The position numbers were made by a program, and so were the translations under genes. This document shows, piece after piece, positions 58,515-64,000 of a stretch of 64,000 bases of DNA; within the stretch, counting starts at the first letter, position 1, and each line of letters begins with the position of its first letter. The notes beneath the pieces were generated by a model. The model was not told the DNA's origin, made no database searches, and saw only the letters and a program-made list of their open reading frames with translations. Where the stretch lies: positions 1-64,000 of the forward strand of contig JBCBZT010000044.1 in NCBI GenBank assembly GCA_039815185.1, written 5' to 3'. This stretch comes from Cyanobacteria bacterium P01_A01_bin.123. Its GTDB lineage: Bacteria; Cyanobacteriota; Cyanobacteriia; Phormidesmidales; Phormidesmidaceae.

Positions 58515-58528
58515 TTCAAGCCCAACTG

Positions 58529-59164
58529 TTATCGGTTGGGCTGGGGCGTCATCCGCAGGTAGGACTTAATTTCGGTGACACCTTTCGGGAATTTCTGCCG
58601 AGCTACATCTGTAGGAATAGTCGGCGCGATGACGACATCCTCACCGTCTTGCCAGTCCACAGGCGTCGCCACGCTGTAGTTATCCGTCAGTTGTAACGAA
58701 TCCAGCACCCGCAGAATTTCGTTGAAATTGCGCCCGGTGCTGGGGGGATAAGTAATCGTAAGCCGCAGCTTTTTGTTGGGGTCGATCACAAACACCGTGC
58801 GCACCGTCACCTTGGCGTTGGCGTTGGGGTGAATCATGCCGTAGCGGTCAGACACCGTCTTATCTTCATCGGCGATGATGGGATAGTTGACGGTGGTGGC
58901 TTGGGTCTCGTTGATGTCGCGGATCCAGCCCTGGTGAGAGCTGACCGCATCGACGCTGAGGGCAATCACTTTAGCCCCACGTTTGGCAAACTCAGGTTTG
59001 AGCTTGGCCACATTGCCCAGTTCGGTGGTGCAGACGGGGGTATAGTCGGCGGGGTGAGAAAATAGCACCACCCAGTCGTTGCCGGCCCAGTCGTAGAAGT
59101 TGATGTCGCCCTCGGTGGTCTTTTGGGTGAAGTTAGGGACGGTATCGCCAAGTTGTAGCGTCAT
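58529..59164 (-). CDS. 1-Cys peroxiredoxin (Prx6 family)
   Basis: FSHPADYTPVCTTE, YPPSTGRNFNEILR, VATPVDW. The ATG at 59164 is preceded by AAGGAG. Confidence 0.93.
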   Translation of the reverse strand: MTLQLGDTVPNFTQKTTEGDINFYDWAGNDWVVLFSHPADYTPVCTTELGNVAKLKPEFAKRGAKVIALSVDAVSSHQGWIRDINETQATTVNYPIIADEDKTVSDRYGMIHPNANAKVTVRTVFVIDPNKKLRLTITYPPSTGRNFNEILRVLDSLQLTDNYSVATPVDWQDGEDVVIAPTIPTDVARQKFPKGVTEIKSYLRMTPQPNR

Positions 59165-59398
59165 AATGATCTCCTTGTTGTGGTTTAACCCGGATGAATG
59201 AATGTAATGCCCAGGGATTGCGCCCGGTGGGACTTGGTGGAATGTCGGACTGCTCCCGGCAACGGGAGGCGGACGGGGAAGCCGTTGAGGAAAGTCAGCA
59301 ACCATAACTCGGGCTCCTGGAGTAAAGAACGTCGAAAAACTATCAATTGCTTAAGGTGCGGCTTTGGATGTTGAACCGCAGCATCGCAGCTAGGACAT

Positions 59399-60457
59399 CT
59401 AAACCAATGCCCGACAACGAGGCAGTTTGGCTGTGATATTGGGCAAAGATTGGATGGCGGGGACTGCACTAGCTGCTAGCGGTGATAAAGTCAGCCCATT
59501 GGTAGGGGCCAACGGCTGAGTGGCTAAGTCTTTGAACAACACCGTGCTCAGGTAACGCTCGCCAACGCTAGGTTGGATGACCACAATCAGCTTGTCAGTA
59601 TTTTCGGGACGCTTAGCTACCTCGATCGCGCCGTAGAGGGCGGCCCCGGTCGAAATTCCAGACAGAATGCCTTCCTCACGGGTGAGGCGACGGCTGTAGG
59701 CGATCGCTGCTGCATCCGGCACATCTACAACCTCATCCAGCAGATCCATCCGCATCACCGCCGGGATGAATCCGGCCCCAATGCCCTGAATCTGGTGGGG
59801 GCCGGGTTTGCCGCCCGAGAGCACGGTGCTGTTGGCTGGCTCCACAGCGATCGCCTGCAAGGAGGGTTTTCGGGGCTTTAGGGCCGCTGCAATACCGCTC
59901 AGGGTGCCGCCGGTGCCCACCCCCGCGACCACCCGATCGACCTGGCCTTCGGTATCGGCCCAAATTTCTTCAGCGGTGGTCTGGCTGTGAATATCGGGAT
60001 TGGCCGAATTTTGAAACTGCTGGAGCATAAAGGTGTTGGGGACGGTCGCCAGGATTTTGGCTGCCTGGGCAATGGCCCCCTTCATCCCCGCCTCGCCAGG
60101 CGTCAGTATCAGCTCTGCCCCATAGGCCCGCAGCAGGGTACACCGTTCTAGGCTCATGGTGTCGGGCATGGTCAAAATCAGCCCATAGCCCTTAACGGCG
60201 GCCGCCATGGCCAGGGAAATGCCGGTATTGCCGCCGGTGGCCTCCACTAGCACTGTCTTGCCCGGCTGGATATGGCTCGCCGCTTCGGCGGCCTGAATCA
60301 TGCTGAGGGCGATGCGGTCTTTCACCGACGAGGCCGGGTTCAGGCCCTCTAGCTTGAGCACGATGCGGCCCAGACAACCTTCGGCTTGGGGAATGCGGTT
60401 GAGTTGCACCAGCGGGGTACGGCCAACCAGTTGAGTGATATCGTGAGCGATTTTCAT
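59399..60457 (-). CDS. cysK: Cysteine synthase A
   Basis: [16 protein letters not shown] (PLP lysine), [24 protein letters not shown]. Confidence 0.9.
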   Translation of the reverse strand: MKIAHDITQLVGRTPLVQLNRIPQAEGCLGRIVLKLEGLNPASSVKDRIALSMIQAAEAASHIQPGKTVLVEATGGNTGISLAMAAAVKGYGLILTMPDTMSLERCTLLRAYGAELILTPGEAGMKGAIAQAAKILATVPNTFMLQQFQNSANPDIHSQTTAEEIWADTEGQVDRVVAGVGTGGTLSGIAAALKPRKPSLQAIAVEPANSTVLSGGKPGPHQIQGIGAGFIPAVMRMDLLDEVVDVPDAAAIAYSRRLTREEGILSGISTGAALYGAIEVAKRPENTDKLIVVIQPSVGERYLSTVLFKDLATQPLAPTNGLTLSPLAASAVPAIQSLPNITAKLPRCRALV

Positions 60458-60778
60458 GGGGGTTTTGTCTAAACGGTGGCGGATTCGAAGGCGGCACTGA
60501 CTCTGGTTAGATCATGTTTTGTAGATTCATTCATTGAGTTTTGCTCCTTTGCCGAGTCGGTATTGATGGGTATCGGGGTAAGTTCATTGCTGACACAGGC
60601 CGCAGCTGGCTTAGCGGTGAAGTTTTTGGCGATGCCGTGGCTGAGCTGTTTGGCTTGTGGATTCAAACCTAGTCCAGGGCTAGGGCCTGCGTCGTTAGGG
60701 AAAAGGTATGGAGTTTAATCACTGAGTTATGGAAAGGTAAGGTAAGATGCCTCTTATTCCAGGCTGGCTTGATGGGCA

Positions 60779-63700
60779 ATGGCAGACTCAGCGCAGATTT
60801 TGGCCGCGGCCAATGAGGCCTTGTTTTCCCTGGAAGGGCGGTATCTTTCTGATGTGGAAGCCGCGATCATTGTGGGTGCGATTGCCGATCAAACCTACGA
60901 AGCCATTGCGGATCAATCTGGCTATTCCATCAACTACCTGAAGCGCGACATTGGCCCCAAGCTTTGGCGGCGGCTGTCGAATGCGTTGGGTGAAAAAGTC
61001 AGCAAAACGAACTTTCAACAAGCCTTAAAGCGTCACTGCTCTCCAGGCGATCCACCCCTGGAGGCACTGCCAATGTCTGCCTCGACCGCCTTTGTCTCAA
61101 CCCAGGATTGGGGGGAAGCGCCTGATGTTAGCTTCTTTGTCGGTCGCAACGCTGAGTTGGCAACGCTCAAGGCGTGGGTTTTAACCGATCAGTGTCGCCT
61201 GGTGGCCTTACTGGGCATGGGGGGCATTGGTAAAACTTCCCTGGGTGTGCATTTGGCACAGCAGCTGCAAGCAGACTTTGAGGTTGTCATCTGGCGCAGC
61301 TTGCGCAATGCGCCGCCGCTGGAAACGCTCTTGAAGCAACTGGTGCCGCTGGTTTCGCACCAGCAAGATATGCGACCTGACCTAGGCCAGCTGTTGAGGT
61401 ATTTGAAGGGATCGAAATGTTTGCTGGTGCTCGATAACCTGGAGACGATTCTTCAGCCTCAGCTGTTGGGCCAATTTCGCCCGGGTTACGAAGACTATGG
61501 CCATTTGCTGAGGCTGGTCGGCGATACTGCTCATCAAAGCTGTGTGGTGATTACCAGTCGCGAAAAGCCTGCGGTGATTGCCACGCGGGAAGGGGCAGAA
61601 CTGCCGGTGCGATCGCTGGCACTCCAGGGTCTAAAAGCTGAAGCTGATGACTTGCTGAGTGCCAAAGGTCTATCGGGTTTCCCCGCCGATCGCCACACCC
61701 TGATTGAGACTTACGACGGTAACCCTTTGGCCCTCAAAATTGCTGCCACCTCGATCCATGACTTATTCGACGGCGATATTGCGACGTTTTTGGCCCAGGG
61801 GACGGTGCTGTTCAACGGCGTCCGCCAGCTGCTAGAGCAGCAGTTTAACCGCCTCTCGACTTTGGAACATGCGCTGATGTACTGGCTCGCCATCAACCGC
61901 GAGTGGACAGTGGTTAACGAATTACACGCCGACCTCGTGCCGCCCGTACCGCGTCACCGTGTACTGGAAGCCTTAGAAGCCCTGAGCCGACGCAACCTGA
62001 TTGAGCAGGCCGGAGGCAGCTACACGCAGCAGCCAGTGGTGATGGAGTATGTGTGCGATCGCCTGATTGAAGACATTGTTGAAGAACTCACCACCACAGA
62101 CCTGCATCTGTTCATCAGCCACGCCTTGCTGAAAACAACCGTGGCAGAGTACGTCCGGGACAGTCAGATGCGACTCATTCTGGAGCCCATTGCTGAGGAA
62201 TTTCGGCGAGCTTTTGCCGCGATCGCGAGTATTGAACAACAGACGTTGCGACTACTAACCGCCCTGCGCCGCGCTGAAACCCAAACATCTGGCTATGGTG
62301 GCGGAAATTTAATCAACGTCTGCCATCATTTAGGCCTTGACCTCTCCGGCTTCGATTTCTCTGGGTTAAGCATTTGGCACGCCTGTTTACGGCAAGTTGA
62401 ACTTCATGGCATTAATTTTGCCCATGCTGATCTAACCAAATCCCTGTTTAAAGAAACCCTTGGCAATATTCTGTCCGTCGCGTTTAGCCCCAATGACCAA
62501 CTCCTGGCCAGTGGCGATACTCAGGGCAACATCTATTGGCGGCAAATGCCCCATGGGCAAAATCTTGAAATCTATTCAGCCCATCAAAGCTGGGTTTGGG
62601 AGTTAGCCTTTAGTTCTGATGGTCAATTTCTAGCCAGTGGCTCCCATGACAGCACAGTCAAACTCTGGAGTTTGAGTCAAGGGCAGTGTGTTCAGACGAT
62701 ACATCATGGTGCTACGGTCGCTTCTCTGGCCTGGAGTCCAGACGGTAAACAGCTTGCCAGTGTCGGCTTAGACCCCTTCGTCAGAATCTGGGATGCGAAA
62801 ACTGGGCGTTGTCTGAGATCGTTGCAGGTCAACGCGCCCCGGATTGCCTCAGTTTCTTGGAAGCAGTGCAGCGACTCTTTAGGCGATAGCCGTAGCATTC
62901 TGGCCTGTCCTGGGGGTGACAGTACGATTTTGCTCTGGGATGCCAGCACCGGAAAACAACTGCGATCGCTGTTCGGCCACACGGATCTCGTGTGGTCTGT
63001 CACCTTCAACGCAGATGGCACACGCCTAGCCAGCAGTTCTCAAGATGGCACAACTAAGCTCTGGGACATGGCGACCGATGAATGTTACCTAACGCTCCAC
63101 AGTGACTTTGGCATTGCTTGGTATTTGGCCTTTAGTGCAGATGGCACTATGCTGGCGGCGGGTTGTCAAAATGCCGCTGTCCAATTGTGGGACACCCAAA
63201 CGGGGCGATCTCTAAAAGTACTCCGAGGCCATACCAGTAATGTTTGGTCCGTGGCATTTAATCAAAGCGGCAACCTCCTTGCCAGTGGGGGTGATGATCA
63301 AGCCGTCAAGTTGTGGGACGTTGCCACTGCCAACTGCTTGCAGACTTGGCAAGGTTACAGCCTGGCGGTTTGGGATGTCACCGTCAATTGCAACGGTCAA
63401 CAGCTCGCGTCTGCTGATCAAAACGGTACCCTCCGGTTCTGGGATGTTGCTACCGGTAACTGCCTCCACACCCTACAAGGACACGAGGGGTCTATCTGGT
63501 CGGCAGTCTTCAGTCCCGATGGGAAGATCCTCGCGAGTGCTTCGCAAGATAAAACCGTTAAGCTATTTAATGCAGAAACAGCTCAATGCCTGCTCACCTT
63601 TAAAGACCACCTCAATTTATTACTGGCTGTCGCCTGGCATCCCAATAGCAAAGCGATCGCCAGTGCCTCTGTTGATGGCACCGTCAAAATCTGGGCAGCT

Positions 63701-64000
63701 GATACGGGTGAATGTCAACACACCCTAAGCCACAAAATGATTGTGAACGCTGTTGCTTGGCATCCATCGGGCAAAGTTTTGGCGAGTGGTGTGCAGGTCG
63801 GCAGTCTGCATGTGTGGGATAGTCACAGCGGTCAATGTCTCCAGTCACTGCAGGTGCATACTGCAGCCGTTTGTGCCGTGGCGTTCAGTCCAGATCATAT
63901 TGCTGCGCAAGTTGGGTGTCAGCACCTTCTGGCCAGTGGTTCCCATGACTGCACAGTCAAGCTTTGGGATTGGCAAACGGGAGAATGCTTGAAGACCCTC
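60779..64000 (+). CDS. STAND NTPase (NB-ARC/NACHT) with N-terminal HTH and C-terminal WD40 repeats, 3'-truncated
   Basis: Missing from the ORF track because it has no stop in the window. Translated from the ATG at 60779: MADSAQILAAANEALFSLEGRYLSDVE..TYEAIA..LWRRLS, DWGEAPDV, LLGMGGIGKTS (Walker A), LLVLDNLE (Walker B), GNPLAL, pentapeptide-like linker, repeated ASGS.D.TVKLW. Confidence 0.92.
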   Translation, partial: MADSAQILAAANEALFSLEGRYLSDVEAAIIVGAIADQTYEAIADQSGYSINYLKRDIGPKLWRRLSNALGEKVSKTNFQQALKRHCSPGDPPLEALPMSASTAFVSTQDWGEAPDVSFFVGRNAELATLKAWVLTDQCRLVALLGMGGIGKTSLGVHLAQQLQADFEVVIWRSLRNAPPLETLLKQLVPLVSHQQDMRPDLGQLLRYLKGSKCLLVLDNLETILQPQLLGQFRPGYEDYGHLLRLVGDTAHQSCVVITSREKPAVIATREGAELPVRSLALQGLKAEADDLLSAKGLSGFPADRHTLIETYDGNPLALKIAATSIHDLFDGDIATFLAQGTVLFNGVRQLLEQQFNRLSTLEHALMYWLAINREWTVVNELHADLVPPVPRHRVLEALEALSRRNLIEQAGGSYTQQPVVMEYVCDRLIEDIVEELTTTDLHLFISHALLKTTVAEYVRDSQMRLILEPIAEEFRRAFAAIASIEQQTLRLLTALRRAETQTSGYGGGNLINVCHHLGLDLSGFDFSGLSIWHACLRQVELHGINFAHADLTKSLFKETLGNILSVAFSPNDQLLASGDTQGNIYWRQMPHGQNLEIYSAHQSWVWELAFSSDGQFLASGSHDSTVKLWSLSQGQCVQTIHHGATVASLAWSPDGKQLASVGLDPFVRIWDAKTGRCLRSLQVNAPRIASVSWKQCSDSLGDSRSILACPGGDSTILLWDASTGKQLRSLFGHTDLVWSVTFNADGTRLASSSQDGTTKLWDMATDECYLTLHSDFGIAWYLAFSADGTMLAAGCQNAAVQLWDTQTGRSLKVLRGHTSNVWSVAFNQSGNLLASGGDDQAVKLWDVATANCLQTWQGYSLAVWDVTVNCNGQQLASADQNGTLRFWDVATGNCLHTLQGHEGSIWSAVFSPDGKILASASQDKTVKLFNAETAQCLLTFKDHLNLLLAVAWHPNSKAIASASVDGTVKIWAADTGECQHTLSHKMIVNAVAWHPSGKVLASGVQVGSLHVWDSHSGQCLQSLQVHTAAVCAVAFSPDHIAAQVGCQHLLASGSHDCTVKLWDWQTGECLKTL

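Noticed and set aside
63240..63992. Two short plus-strand ORFs near the window end
   Set aside because: They are out-of-frame shadows within the WD40 region of the long ORF starting at 60779.

Overview
Cyanobacterial chromosomal DNA (HIP1 octamer GCGATCGC is frequent in the right half; the gene content suggests a filamentous Leptolyngbya/Nodosilinea-like organism, which is an inference). The left part (1-38.3 kb) is an accessory surface/extracellular-matrix locus. It starts with a 5'-truncated giant FG-GAP/SwmB-repeat protein carrying an intact, apparently permuted tyrosinase domain and a His/Met-rich tail. Next come a stand-alone keto-acid-type A-KR-PCP-TE synthetase and a tightly coupled tyrA. 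These are followed by two convergent arms of a Wzx/Wzy polysaccharide cluster: 4-5 sulfotransferases, 6 glycosyltransferases, a frameshifted acetyltransferase, 2 beta-helix enzymes, a GMC oxidoreductase, an aldo/keto reductase and a methyltransferase. The right part (39-64 kb) is mostly housekeeping or common cyanobacterial genes: frmA, pdeM, gltX, ZIP transporter, two GPH-MFS transporters, CHAT-TPR, GNAT, 1-Cys Prx, cysK and a 3'-truncated NB-ARC/WD40 gene. It is interrupted by a compact three-gene unit: an AetD-like heme-oxygenase-fold diiron enzyme, a FOXRED2-like flavoprotein and an MshEN-fused O-methyltransferase. The best candidates for undescribed systems are this AetD-like mini-cluster and the tyrosinase/A-KR-T-TE/TyrA/sulfated-EPS locus. 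All family calls come from motif recognition by eye; no database searches were run.
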